Assembly (NCBI GenBank): GCA_022840695.1
Contig: JALHDC010000002.1
Location: 91,374-155,373 of the forward strand
Direction of reading: 5' to 3'
Origin: a bacterium
GTDB taxonomy: Bacteria; Patescibacteriota; Dojkabacteria; SC72
Length of the DNA: 64,000 nt
A program made the translations under genes and the position numbers. Every line of letters begins with the position of its first letter. Position 1 is the stretch's first letter. The notes under the pieces were generated by a model. It did not search any database. It had not been told where the DNA came from and saw only the letters and a list, made by a program, of their open reading frames with translations. This document shows positions 19,782-30,127 of the stretch, in pieces.

Positions 19782-20236
19782 AAATACATGTAGTTCTAGA
19801 CAATATTAGATCTGTTTTCAATGTAGGCAGTATATTTAGATCTGCAGATGGAGCGGGGAGTGTAGAGAAGATATATCTTTGTGGAATAACAAGTGATATA
19901 GATAATCCTAAGTTAGAGAAAACTGCTCTTGGAGCAATAGATATGGTTAAATCGGAACATTATGATACAACTTTAGAGGCTTTAGATGAGTTGAAAGAGA
20001 GGAATATTCCAATATATTCTGTTGAGTTAACAGATGATGCTGAGAACTTTCAATCTATAGAGTATCCCAATGAATTGGCTTTAGTTTTTGGACATGAAAA
20101 GAATGGTATATCAGAGGATATTCTTAAATACACAGATAAAAGAATTATGATGCCAATGAGAGGATTAAAAGAATCTCTTAATGTAGCAAATTGTGCAACA
20201 GCCATACTGTATGAGATTACAAGAGAAAAGAGATAG
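19778..20236 (+). CDS. SpoU/TrmH-family RNA methyltransferase
   Basis: LDNIRSVFNVGSIFRSAD, FGHEKNG, SLNVA. Confidence 0.9.
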   Translation: MKIHVVLDNIRSVFNVGSIFRSADGAGSVEKIYLCGITSDIDNPKLEKTALGAIDMVKSEHYDTTLEALDELKERNIPIYSVELTDDAENFQSIEYPNELALVFGHEKNGISEDILKYTDKRIMMPMRGLKESLNVANCATAILYEITREKR

Positions 20237-20258
20237 ATTTTGATACAATGTATTAGTT

Positions 20259-22745
20259 ATGAAAATTACTTCAAAGACGATAGCAATAATATCTTCCATA
20301 GTAGTGGCAGGAAGTGCTGGAGGAATGTACTACTTATCCAATCAAGATGAGCCCGAAGTATTAGCGTGGGTAGATACTAGCTGGACTTTTAGAAGATCCG
20401 TTGATGTTGCAAATAGCAGTGGAGATACATTAACAAATGAGGATGTATTAATAACTCTTGATACAGCGAGTCTGGTATCTGCTAACAAACTACAATCAGA
20501 TTGTGACGATCTAAGGCTTGTAGACACAGATGATGCTACATATCTATCATTTTGGTTAGAAAATGAATGCAATGTTTCAGAGACTAGAATATGGGTACAA
20601 GTTCCGAGCTTACCTGATGGTGGTAAAAGTATATATGTTTATTACGGTAATGATAGTGCAGTAAATACTGAAGAGAGTTGGAGTGGCAATTTTATTTCAT
20701 TAAATGATGATACCTGTCCAACCGGATGGAGCTATTACTCTACTTTAGATCAGAAATTTCCATTAATCTCTGCAACAGCAGGAACAACAGGAGGGGCAGA
20801 TTCACATACTCACGGGAATTATTCTAGAACTACTGGAGGAAGTGGAGGAAGTGGCATATATTGGAGGTCAGGAACAACTGCATACCTCTCTTCTACGCAT
20901 GCACATTCATACACTATAGTAACTAATAGCTCATCTGTTTTGCCCCCATATCTTGATATACCATTTTGTGCAAGCGAAAATTTTAATCCTAACACGGGAA
21001 TGATTACACTGTTTCTTAATACTGTTCCCACAGGATGGACAAGATTTTCTGCGCTTGATTCGAAATTTCCAAGATCAAATGAGACATATGGAGGAACTGG
21101 TGGAGCATCCACACACAAGCACACATTTAATTCAGGAACTACTGGATCTGCTGGACCTAGTCCGAAAGGAAGCGGAAGCTACTATCAAGCAGGAAAGAGT
21201 ACACATACGCACACATGGAGTGGAGGGGACCTTTCCACAAACAACAATATTCCACCATATAAAGCAGTCGTCTGGGGAGAATCCAATGATGCAACTCTTC
21301 TCGATGGTATCCTAATGCTTGCAACAGCTGTTCCACCACTCGGTTGGACGCAAAACAACTCTGTTGATGAATATTTCCCATATGGTTCTGCCTCCTACGG
21401 TACTACAGGTGGTGCATCCACACATACACATACAGTACCAAGCGGATCTACTAACACTGTTGGAGGGTCCGGATCAGTAGGTTCAGGAACCGGCTTGCTT
21501 TGTGGACCTTCACATTCTCATAACTTAGGAAGCTTCACTACTAACTCACAAAGTAACTACCCACCATACATTTCATTTAATTTAGTTGAAAGAAAAACTT
21601 CCGTCGCTATAACAGTACAAACAGAGGAAACAAGTAATACTACAACGAATCCTCCTTCCTCTTTGCTCACAGAAGGAGAAACTAACCCTACACTGGTTGT
21701 AGATACAACTCCTGAATTTTCTGCCGTTTTCAGTGACCCAGACGCCGAAGATACTGGCAACTTCTACAGAATACAGGTAAATACAAACCAAAGCTTCAAT
21801 GGAACTGAAATGTGGGATTCAACAAAAACCGCACTTGACCCTGTATTAACAAATGGAGCTAGATCTCCAGATATTTCATATGCAGGTACAACACTAGCAT
21901 GGGGCACAACATACTACTGGAGAATGAAGTTTTGGGACAACAATGAATTTGCATCAGAAAGTCCTTGGTCAGCTACTGCAAATTTTACGATGAATCATCA
22001 AGCAAATGCTCCTACATCTCTTCTTACAGAAGGATCTACAAATCCTTTAAAAACATCTCTAACTCCGTATTTCTCGGCAATCTTCGAAGATGGTGATGCA
22101 ACAGATACTGGAACTCACTACCAAATTTTAGTAAATACTGCATATGATTTTACAGGAACAACTATGTGGGATAGTACAAAAACTCAATTTGGATCACCCA
22201 TAACAAATGGATCAAGATCTTCAAATATTACATATGCAGGAACAACTTTAGAAGAAGGTACGGCATATTATTGGAAGATAAGATTCTGGGACGAGAATGA
22301 TTTAGAAAGTGTATATTCAGGAGTGGCAAATTTTTTGACTGAATCTGGCCCATCTGCACCATCCGGATTACTTTTTGATGGCAGACCAAACCCAACATAT
22401 CTGCTCTCTACAACTCCACCATTTTCAGCGATATATTCTGATATTAATGGAGATAGTGCATCTGCATACCAAATTAATGTAAACAGTAACAATCTATTTA
22501 CAGGAACAGTAATATGGGATTCAGGAAAGCAGTCTATAACTGTTGCAAATGGAGCAAGGTCATCAGATATAACATATGATGGAACAGAATTAATAAACAG
22601 TAAGAATATATATTACTGGAGAATTAGATTCTGGGACAGCGACGATATGGTCGGGGAATGGTCCTCTACATCATACTTCACAGATTCCACAGTACCTCAA
22701 TTTATAATGGAAGGACTCTCTCTTCAAGGAATAAAGATAGATTAG
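20259..22745 (+). CDS. Surface protein: TM + DUF2341-like domain + 3 tail-collar/HxH repeats + 3 FN3-like repeats
   Basis: DCDDLRLVD...IWVQVP...YVYYGN (DUF2341-like); three PxGW...FP...GG.S.HxH repeats; three YYWR..FWD repeats. Confidence 0.75.
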   Translation: MKITSKTIAIISSIVVAGSAGGMYYLSNQDEPEVLAWVDTSWTFRRSVDVANSSGDTLTNEDVLITLDTASLVSANKLQSDCDDLRLVDTDDATYLSFWLENECNVSETRIWVQVPSLPDGGKSIYVYYGNDSAVNTEESWSGNFISLNDDTCPTGWSYYSTLDQKFPLISATAGTTGGADSHTHGNYSRTTGGSGGSGIYWRSGTTAYLSSTHAHSYTIVTNSSSVLPPYLDIPFCASENFNPNTGMITLFLNTVPTGWTRFSALDSKFPRSNETYGGTGGASTHKHTFNSGTTGSAGPSPKGSGSYYQAGKSTHTHTWSGGDLSTNNNIPPYKAVVWGESNDATLLDGILMLATAVPPLGWTQNNSVDEYFPYGSASYGTTGGASTHTHTVPSGSTNTVGGSGSVGSGTGLLCGPSHSHNLGSFTTNSQSNYPPYISFNLVERKTSVAITVQTEETSNTTTNPPSSLLTEGETNPTLVVDTTPEFSAVFSDPDAEDTGNFYRIQVNTNQSFNGTEMWDSTKTALDPVLTNGARSPDISYAGTTLAWGTTYYWRMKFWDNNEFASESPWSATANFTMNHQANAPTSLLTEGSTNPLKTSLTPYFSAIFEDGDATDTGTHYQILVNTAYDFTGTTMWDSTKTQFGSPITNGSRSSNITYAGTTLEEGTAYYWKIRFWDENDLESVYSGVANFLTESGPSAPSGLLFDGRPNPTYLLSTTPPFSAIYSDINGDSASAYQINVNSNNLFTGTVIWDSGKQSITVANGARSSDITYDGTELINSKNIYYWRIRFWDSDDMVGEWSSTSYFTDSTVPQFIMEGLSLQGIKID

Positions 22746-22761
22746 TGTATAATACATACCT

Positions 22762-23499
22762 ATGAGTTTAAAATTCGATTCATTTAAAAAATTAAGAAAA
22801 GAGAAAAAGAAGTGGAAAGTAGAGACTCCAGAGGAATTTGAGAAGATGGAGGACACTCTTTTGAAGGAGCGATTACTACACAAAGATCCAACTATAACTA
22901 CATTTGTTAGAATAACTGCCGGAAAAGCAAAAAACTTCAAACTTGAAATACCTAAAACTACTAGACCTCTAACAGATAGAATGAAAGTAAAAGTATTCGA
23001 TATCTTAAGAGAAGATATAGTAAAGAAAGATATCCTAGATCTATATGCTGGAGCTGGATCTTTCGGATTAGAAGCACTCTCTAGAGGTGCAAGACATGCT
23101 ACATTTGTTGAAGCATCTAAACATGCAGATTTAATCATAAAAAGAAATGTCTCTAAAACAGGGTTTCTTCTTGAATCTGAAGTGATCAGATCAAAGGTAG
23201 AAGATTATCTATACAAACAAATAAATAGTGAGGAAAAACCCGTTTTTGACATTATATTTCTAGATCCTCCATACAAACTTTTTAATACAAAGAAAACTTT
23301 TAAAATGGAATCTGTTATAAATATGGCTTCCCAACTACTTCCTGGTGTTCAAAATCCAAATGGAAAAAGATTCAAGGGAGCATTGATACTTAAGCATCCC
23401 AAGAGATATCCATTAGAAAACATTACATTAGACAACATTAAGTTACTTGATTCTGTAAGTTTTGGTATTAATACAATATCATTCTTCATTGCAAAATAA
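22762..23499 (+). CDS. rsmD: RsmD-family 16S rRNA m2G966 methyltransferase with N-terminal extension
   Basis: RITAGKAK, TRPLTDRMK, LDLYAGAGSFGLEALSRGA, FLDPPY. Confidence 0.88.
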   Translation: MSLKFDSFKKLRKEKKKWKVETPEEFEKMEDTLLKERLLHKDPTITTFVRITAGKAKNFKLEIPKTTRPLTDRMKVKVFDILREDIVKKDILDLYAGAGSFGLEALSRGARHATFVEASKHADLIIKRNVSKTGFLLESEVIRSKVEDYLYKQINSEEKPVFDIIFLDPPYKLFNTKKTFKMESVINMASQLLPGVQNPNGKRFKGALILKHPKRYPLENITLDNIKLLDSVSFGINTISFFIAK

Positions 23500-23524
23500 G
23501 GAAAGAAAATATAAAATAGGAAAG

Positions 23525-23610
23525 ATGTATAAACAATACGGTATAAACAAGATAAAAATCAGTAAAATTGTTTTCACAACACACACATTTTAATGATGTT
23601 GTTTTTTCTT
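23525..23610 (+). promoter_or_regulatory. Candidate thrS leader peptide (MYKQYGINKIKISKIVFTTHTF*, 23525-23593) with overlapping hairpin and U tract
   Basis: ACA ACA CAC ACA near the stop. ACAACA(23576)/TGTTGT(23597) stem followed by TTTTTCTTT. TAAAAT lies 7 nt before the ATG. Confidence 0.55.
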
Positions 23611-23641
23611 TCACCAAAATAACTTTTTAAATTGATATATT

Positions 23642-25417
23642 ATGGATTCTGAAAAACTATTAAAACTTGAAGCTATGAGACACTCAGCTTCACATATTCT
23701 TGCCCAAGCTATTCTTAAGCTATACCCAGATACTAAATTAGGCATAGGACCAGCAATAGAGAATGGTTTCTACTATGATTTTGATTTTGCTGAACCTATA
23801 GAGGAAGAAGATCTCCCTGCTATCGAAAAAGAAATGAAGAAGATAATAAACCAGGAATTGGACTTCAATCAAATTATGATGACAAAAGAGGAAGCAGTTG
23901 AATATTTAAAGAAAACAGATCAGGTATATAAACTAGAGCTATTAGACGAATTAGAAGGTGATACTTTTAGTTTCTATGTAACAGGAGATAATGAATTTGC
24001 AGATCTTTGTAGAGGGCCTCATGTAGAAAATACTAAAGATATAGGAGCTATAAAATTAACGAAAACAGCAGGAGCATACTGGAGAGGAGATGAAACTAAA
24101 AAAATGCTTACAAGAATATATGGAACATCATTTGAAACAAAAGAGGAGTTAAATAAATATTTAAATGATCAGAAAGAATTAGAAAATAGAAATCATCGTA
24201 AATTAGGAAAGCAGTTAGATCTATTTGCAATAATACCAGAAATTGGACAGGGATTACCTGTATGGCTTCCAAGAGGATATACAATTAGAAGAATACTTGA
24301 GGAGTATATGTTAGATTTAGAAAGAAGCTATGGATATCAGCATATTTTGACTCCACATATTAATAAAGAAATACTATTCCAAACTTCAGGACATTTAGGA
24401 TTCTACAAAGAATCTATGTATGCACCAATACAGATAGAGGATGAGACATACTATCTTAAACCTATGAATTGTCCAGCTGGCTTTATGGTTTACAAATTAT
24501 CACCAAAGAGCTACAGAGACCTACCATACAAATTAGGAGAGTTTGGTACTGTATATAGATATGAGAAATCTGGAGAGTTACACGGACTACAAAGAGTACG
24601 AGGATTTACACAAAATGATGCCCATCTCTTCTGTACTGAGGAACAATTAAAAGGAATCATTAACGAAACATTAGACCTTCTCTTAATATTCTACAAAGAT
24701 GTAGGATTTGATAATTATAAATTTAGACTCTCAACATCAGATAGAGGGAAAAATCCTGAGAAGTATTCTGGAGACCCTGAAAAGTGGGGTATTGCAGAAA
24801 ACACCTTAAAGGAAGTTTTAGTAGAGAGAGGTTTAGAGTTTGAAGAGATGCCTGGAGATGCTGCATTCTACGGTCCTAAGATAGATGTACAGGCTGTTAA
24901 TGTATTTGGTAAGGAAGATTCCATCTCTACAATTCAATTAGATTTTAACATGCCAAAGAGATTTGAAATTAAATATATAGATGCTGATGGAAGTGAAAAA
25001 CAACCATTTGTAATACATAGGGCATTAATAGGATCATTTGAGAGATTTTTCTCTTTCCTCATAGAACACCATGGTGGAGATTTCCCATTATGGTTTACAC
25101 CTGAACAGGTTTACATAATTCCAATATCAGAGAAGCATAAGGAGTATGCGAAGAGTGTATTCGAGGAGCTAAAAGAAGCAAAAATCAGAGTACATTTGGA
25201 TGATAGGGATAAGAGCATGCAGTCAAGAATAAGAGATGCAGAAAAGATGAAGATTCCATATGTAGTTGTCGTAGGAGATAAAGAAATTGAGACAGAGACT
25301 ATATCTGTCAGAGCAAGGAGAAACAAAGAAGAAGGTCTTATGAAAATTCAGGAATTCATAGACAATCTAAAAGAAGAAATAAGAAATAAAGAATCTTTCA
25401 GGGATTCAAGTAAATAA
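23642..25417 (+). CDS. thrS: Threonine--tRNA ligase
   Basis: RHSASHILAQA, DLCRGPHV, HRKLGK, LKPMNCP, RVRGFTQNDAH, AFYGPKID. Confidence 0.98.
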   Translation: MDSEKLLKLEAMRHSASHILAQAILKLYPDTKLGIGPAIENGFYYDFDFAEPIEEEDLPAIEKEMKKIINQELDFNQIMMTKEEAVEYLKKTDQVYKLELLDELEGDTFSFYVTGDNEFADLCRGPHVENTKDIGAIKLTKTAGAYWRGDETKKMLTRIYGTSFETKEELNKYLNDQKELENRNHRKLGKQLDLFAIIPEIGQGLPVWLPRGYTIRRILEEYMLDLERSYGYQHILTPHINKEILFQTSGHLGFYKESMYAPIQIEDETYYLKPMNCPAGFMVYKLSPKSYRDLPYKLGEFGTVYRYEKSGELHGLQRVRGFTQNDAHLFCTEEQLKGIINETLDLLLIFYKDVGFDNYKFRLSTSDRGKNPEKYSGDPEKWGIAENTLKEVLVERGLEFEEMPGDAAFYGPKIDVQAVNVFGKEDSISTIQLDFNMPKRFEIKYIDADGSEKQPFVIHRALIGSFERFFSFLIEHHGGDFPLWFTPEQVYIIPISEKHKEYAKSVFEELKEAKIRVHLDDRDKSMQSRIRDAEKMKIPYVVVVGDKEIETETISVRARRNKEEGLMKIQEFIDNLKEEIRNKESFRDSSK

Positions 25418-25440
25418 ATTTAATACAAATTAAATAATAA

Positions 25441-25965
25441 ATGAGTTCTAATAATAAAGGTCCGCGAACTAATGAATATATTAGAGCACAAGAGGTTCAG
25501 TTGATTGATCATAAGGGAGAGAATTTGGGAATAGTTGATACAAATAAAGCCCTGCTATTGGCAAAAGAGGCAGAATTAGACTTAGTAGAGGTAGGACCTA
25601 ATGTCACTCCTCCAGTTTGCAAAATAATGGACTTTTCTAAATATCTATACATGTTAAATAAAAAAAGTAGAATAAATAAGAAAGGAAAAGCGAAGGAAAT
25701 AAAAGAGTTTCGGTTTTCCCCTGTGATAGAGCAGGGAGATATAGATCATAGAGTAAAAAGATCTAAAGAATATTTAGATAAAGGTCATCCTGTAAGAATA
25801 GTTATGCAGAAAAGAGGAAGGCAATCTATGGATCAAGCTAAAGCCGTTTTTGCTGAAATATTGACTAATTTTACCGATTATAGTAGTATCGAAGCCGAAC
25901 CTAAATATGAAGGTAATAGAATTTCAATAACCTTTAAATCAGATGGCAAGACAGAAGACAAATAA
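25441..25965 (+). CDS. infC: Translation initiation factor IF-3
   Basis: NEYIRAQEVQLID, LDLVEV, PPVCKIMDF; thrS-infC-rpmI-rplT order. Confidence 0.95.
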   Translation: MSSNNKGPRTNEYIRAQEVQLIDHKGENLGIVDTNKALLLAKEAELDLVEVGPNVTPPVCKIMDFSKYLYMLNKKSRINKKGKAKEIKEFRFSPVIEQGDIDHRVKRSKEYLDKGHPVRIVMQKRGRQSMDQAKAVFAEILTNFTDYSSIEAEPKYEGNRISITFKSDGKTEDK

Positions 25966-26155
25966 AACTGCAAAGAAAAGAATACATGTATCTAATCCTA
26001 AGGGAAATAGGACCCCTAAACTTAGATATAAACAGAGTCACCAAGGTCATCTTAGAACTAATAAATCAAATAGATCCAAGAGAAGACAGAAAGATAATGC
26101 ATTACTAGATAAAAGTAATAAAAAACCATTAGTTAGAAAAGTAGTTAACCTGTAA
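25943..26155 (+). CDS. rpmI: 50S ribosomal protein L35
   Basis: MARQKTNKTAKKR; basic; synteny. Confidence 0.9.
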   Translation: MARQKTNKTAKKRIHVSNPKGNRTPKLRYKQSHQGHLRTNKSNRSKRRQKDNALLDKSNKKPLVRKVVNL

Positions 26156-26167
26156 TAAGAATTCGAA

Positions 26168-26506
26168 ATGAGAGTAAAAGGTGGAACAGTAAGAAGAAGA
26201 AAACATAATAAGATACTTAAGAGTACCAAAGGTTATAGATTAACCAAGAGTAAGCTTTATAAAGTAGCACATGAGGCATATCTTCATGCAGGTCAATATT
26301 CTTACAATCACAGACAGAGAAGGGGTAGTGAAATTAGAAGAGTTTGGATAACTAAGATAAATGCTGCATGCAAGCAGAATAATACCCAGTACAAAGATTT
26401 AATAAACAAGTTAAAAACAAATAATATAGAGTTAAATAGAATGGTGTTGGCTGATTTAGCAGTAAATAATCCTGAAGTTTTCACCTTTATAGTAAAATCT
26501 CTTTAG
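26168..26506 (+). CDS. rplT: 50S ribosomal protein L20
   Basis: MRVKGG, KGY, RRVWITKINAA, LNRMVLADLAV. Confidence 0.97.
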   Translation: MRVKGGTVRRRKHNKILKSTKGYRLTKSKLYKVAHEAYLHAGQYSYNHRQRRGSEIRRVWITKINAACKQNNTQYKDLINKLKTNNIELNRMVLADLAVNNPEVFTFIVKSL

Positions 26507-26528
26507 AGTCCTAATAAAGATATTTTTG

Positions 26529-26552
26529 AAAGGACTCATTGAGTCCTTTTTT
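26529..26552 (+). terminator. Intrinsic terminator after rplT, with an alternative upstream pairing arm
   Basis: AAAGGACTC-att-GAGTCCTTT followed by T tract. A second GAGTCCT sits at 26506-26512. Confidence 0.75.
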
Positions 26553-26601
26553 GTTTAACTATTTATGTAGTATACTAGAAGAGTAATTAAAACAAGATAT
26601 T

Positions 26602-27639
26602 ATGGAATACAGTATTAAAGAAATAGAAGAGTTAGTTAAGACAATAGAAGAAGATAAAAAAGAACTGGATTATGAATCCTTTAGAAAAAAACATACTGGA
26701 AATAATGGAATCCTTACACAATACCTAAAAAAAATAATAGATATTCCAAATGATCAGAAGGCAGTATATGGTAAAGAAATAAATAGTGTTAAAGAGGATG
26801 TATTAAATATATTAGAAGAGAAAAAGAAATTAGAAAATACATACTATTCAAGTAAAAAGATTGATCCTACAGCTCCATTTGATATTAATTCAAACAAAGA
26901 TGAGCTTCAAAAATTTTTCACACTTGAAGGTAGTAAGCATCCTTTAACTAAGGAGGTTGAAATACTAGTAGATATATTCAGTAGCATGGGTTTTGATGTA
27001 TTAGAAAGTAGACAAATAGATGATGACTATCATATGTTCCAATCTTTGAACTTTCCAAAAGGACATCCTGCAAGAGATATGTATGACACATTTTGGACAG
27101 AGGATGGTTTAATACTACCTGCTCATACCTCAACTATGCAAAATAGGGCTTTGAAGAGCTTTGGACCTCCTCCAATAGCCGTTGTATTACCTGGAAGATG
27201 TTTTAGGAATGAAGCTACAGATGCAGGCCATGAACATACATTTCATCAAATAGAGGGAGTATATGTAGATAAAAATATTTCTTTAGGAAATATGATAGCT
27301 ACAATTAAAACATATCTAGAGAAATATCTTAATGCAGAATTAGAAGTTAGGATTCAACCGGCATATTTCCCATTTACCGAACCGGATTGTGAATTCGTCA
27401 TAAGTTGTCCTTTCTGCAATAAAGCTGGTTGCTCAACATGCGGTCATTCTGGATGGATAGAAATTATGGGTTGTGGAATGATACATCCTAATGTCCTGAA
27501 AGAAGCTGATATTGATCCTGATATATATACAGGTTTTGCTTGGGGATTTGGTGTAGATAGATTAACAATGATTAAATTAGGTATTAACGACATACGATAT
27601 CTAAGGAGCGGAAATCTTAATTTCTTAAGACAATTTTAA
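26602..27639 (+). CDS. pheS: Phenylalanine--tRNA ligase alpha subunit
   Basis: HPARDMYDTF, HTSTMQ, FHQIEG, YFPFTEP, GFAWGFGVDR. Confidence 0.97.
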   Translation: MEYSIKEIEELVKTIEEDKKELDYESFRKKHTGNNGILTQYLKKIIDIPNDQKAVYGKEINSVKEDVLNILEEKKKLENTYYSSKKIDPTAPFDINSNKDELQKFFTLEGSKHPLTKEVEILVDIFSSMGFDVLESRQIDDDYHMFQSLNFPKGHPARDMYDTFWTEDGLILPAHTSTMQNRALKSFGPPPIAVVLPGRCFRNEATDAGHEHTFHQIEGVYVDKNISLGNMIATIKTYLEKYLNAELEVRIQPAYFPFTEPDCEFVISCPFCNKAGCSTCGHSGWIEIMGCGMIHPNVLKEADIDPDIYTGFAWGFGVDRLTMIKLGINDIRYLRSGNLNFLRQF

Positions 27640-27640
27640 A

Positions 27641-30127
27641 ATGAGAGTATCAGTCAACCTGCTAAAACAATTTCTAGATATAGAGACGAATGAAAATGAG
27701 ATAGTTCAATTAATTAAGGAACATATAGGAGAGGTAGAGTATCATCATAATTTAGAAGATGATTACAAAGATATAGTAATAGCTGAAATTAAACAGAAAG
27801 AGGATCATCCTGATTCAGACAAATTAGGGATATATCAAATAGATTATGGAACGGGTGAAAATATTCAGGTAGTTGCAGGAGATAGGGCATTAGAAGTGGG
27901 TGATAAGGTAGCATATATAAAGGTAGGTGCTGTAGTACCATATTCCATATACTCTGAGCCTGAACCATTTGTAATAAAAAGCATAAAACTCAGAGGAGTT
28001 GAATCAAATGGAATGTTAGGATCTGCAAAAGAATTAAACATTGGGAATGATCATGAAAGAGTAATGGTATTACCTAATGATGCACCAGTAGGGACAGAGT
28101 TTGCCCAATATTATGAGCTTAATGATACTGTAATAGAGATAGAGAATAAGGCTTTAACAAATAGAGGAGATCTCTTTGGAGTTTTAGGTGTAGCAAGAGA
28201 ACTGAGTGCAATAATGGGAAAAGCTTTCATTACTCCAAATTGGTACACATCTCCATCGGTAGAAATAGGGCAAGAGGATAATTGTCTTAAGATAAAGATT
28301 GAAAACGATGCAGAATCTCTCTGTCCTAGATATACCGCCATAGCTTTAGACAATATTGAAATAAAAGAATCTCCTGTTTGGTTAAAATCTTCATTAATTA
28401 AATGTGGTATAAAACCAATAAATAATATTGTAGATATTACAAATTACATATCAATACTGATAGGGCAACCTTTACATGCATTTGATTATGACAAATTAGT
28501 ATCAAACGATCCAAACTACACTGATACTGCATATATAAATATTAGAATGGCTAAATATGGAGAAAAGATATTAGGGTTAGATGAGAAGATATATGAATTA
28601 AATGAAAATATCATGGTGATTGCAGATAGCAATCATCCAATAGCAATTGCAGGTATTATAGGGGGACATGATACGGAGGTAGATGATAGTACAAAGAGAA
28701 TAATTTTGGAATCGGCTAATTTTGACAAATCAAGTATAAGAAGAACAAGCATGCAACTTGGGATATTTACAGATGCAGCTACTCATTTTAAACATGCACT
28801 TGATACTCAACAGTGTATTCCAGCACTACTCAAAGCAGTTGAGTTGATCCAAAAGATATCAGATTCAAAGGTAGCATCAAACATTGTAGATATACAATAC
28901 CTAGAATATAAAGAGAAGGGGATTCAAATGTCGATTAATAATATGAATACCGTTTTAGGTACAAACATTTCCAAAGAAGAGGTTACAAATATTTTAAAAA
29001 ATTTGGAATATACTGTCACAGAACAAGAAGATTTACTAAATATCACGGTTCCAAGTTGGAGAAGAGATATAGATATCAAAGAGGATTTATACGAAGATAT
29101 AGGAAGGATATATGGTTTTCATAATGTAGATATTAAACTTCCACAGAAAGAAATTAAGCCTCCTAGAGAGAATAAACTTTTTTCAACCAAGAAAATTGTT
29201 AGAGAGGTCTTGAGTAATCATGGCGCAAATGAGATATTAACTTACAGCTTTACTGACCCTGAGTTGTTCAACATTAGTAATTTAGATGCAAATCTAGCAT
29301 ATAGATTAAAGAATCCACTTTCAAAAGAATTATCCACTATGAGAACATCTTTGCTTCTTTCTATACTTCCAAAGGTAAAAGAGAATCTAGAAAGGGGTAT
29401 AGATAAGTTTGCACTTTTCGAGATGAATATTGCACATATTAACAAATATGTCACAGAGGATAATCTTCCTGTTGAGAATTGGTATCTTTCATTACTACTT
29501 ACAGATAGAAAGAGTGATGGTAAAGGCTCCCCTTATTATGCTACAAAGATATACCTTGAAGAACTATTTAGAAAGCTTAATATATTAAATATTGAATACT
29601 CTTTAATAGCAGACCATCAAGAACAGGGTCTTCCAGAATATATCAGTAATGTTTTACCTATGTTTGATCCTAATACATCAGCCATTATTTCTGTTCAAGG
29701 AGAGATTCTTGGTGTAGTAGGAGAATTGAGATATGAAGTTAGAAATAATTTTAAATTGCCTGAATATACATCAGCTTTCGAATTAAATATTAACAAATTA
29801 ATAGAAATCCCAAGTAACTATAAGAAATATAGGGAACAACCAATATATCCTACATTTACTCAAGATCTATGTTTCGAAATGGATGATAATGTAAATTATG
29901 GTGACATAGAGAGTGTGATTTCTACAATAATCAATAAAGATGATTTATGGGGGAAGGTTGAATGTCTTGATATTTATAAATCTGATGATGAATTAGATAA
30001 GAAAAGAATTACTTATAGAATAGTTGTTAGTAACTATAAAAAAACATTAGCAGATAAGGATATAAAGGAGATAGTTTCTAAGATAGAAAAAAAGATAAAA
30101 GTCTCTTACTCTGCAGATATTATTTAA
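27641..30127 (+). CDS. pheT: Phenylalanine--tRNA ligase beta subunit
   Basis: HPDSDKL, LRGVESNGML, NRGD, NNIVDITNY, GQPLHAFD, VPSWRRD. Confidence 0.96.
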   Translation: MRVSVNLLKQFLDIETNENEIVQLIKEHIGEVEYHHNLEDDYKDIVIAEIKQKEDHPDSDKLGIYQIDYGTGENIQVVAGDRALEVGDKVAYIKVGAVVPYSIYSEPEPFVIKSIKLRGVESNGMLGSAKELNIGNDHERVMVLPNDAPVGTEFAQYYELNDTVIEIENKALTNRGDLFGVLGVARELSAIMGKAFITPNWYTSPSVEIGQEDNCLKIKIENDAESLCPRYTAIALDNIEIKESPVWLKSSLIKCGIKPINNIVDITNYISILIGQPLHAFDYDKLVSNDPNYTDTAYINIRMAKYGEKILGLDEKIYELNENIMVIADSNHPIAIAGIIGGHDTEVDDSTKRIILESANFDKSSIRRTSMQLGIFTDAATHFKHALDTQQCIPALLKAVELIQKISDSKVASNIVDIQYLEYKEKGIQMSINNMNTVLGTNISKEEVTNILKNLEYTVTEQEDLLNITVPSWRRDIDIKEDLYEDIGRIYGFHNVDIKLPQKEIKPPRENKLFSTKKIVREVLSNHGANEILTYSFTDPELFNISNLDANLAYRLKNPLSKELSTMRTSLLLSILPKVKENLERGIDKFALFEMNIAHINKYVTEDNLPVENWYLSLLLTDRKSDGKGSPYYATKIYLEELFRKLNILNIEYSLIADHQEQGLPEYISNVLPMFDPNTSAIISVQGEILGVVGELRYEVRNNFKLPEYTSAFELNINKLIEIPSNYKKYREQPIYPTFTQDLCFEMDDNVNYGDIESVISTIINKDDLWGKVECLDIYKSDDELDKKRITYRIVVSNYKKTLADKDIKEIVSKIEKKIKVSYSADII

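Noticed and set aside
26526-26558. Possible pheM-like leader (TTG-start KGLIESFFV*)
   Set aside because: The two Phe codons are just the terminator T tract, and there is no credible start context.
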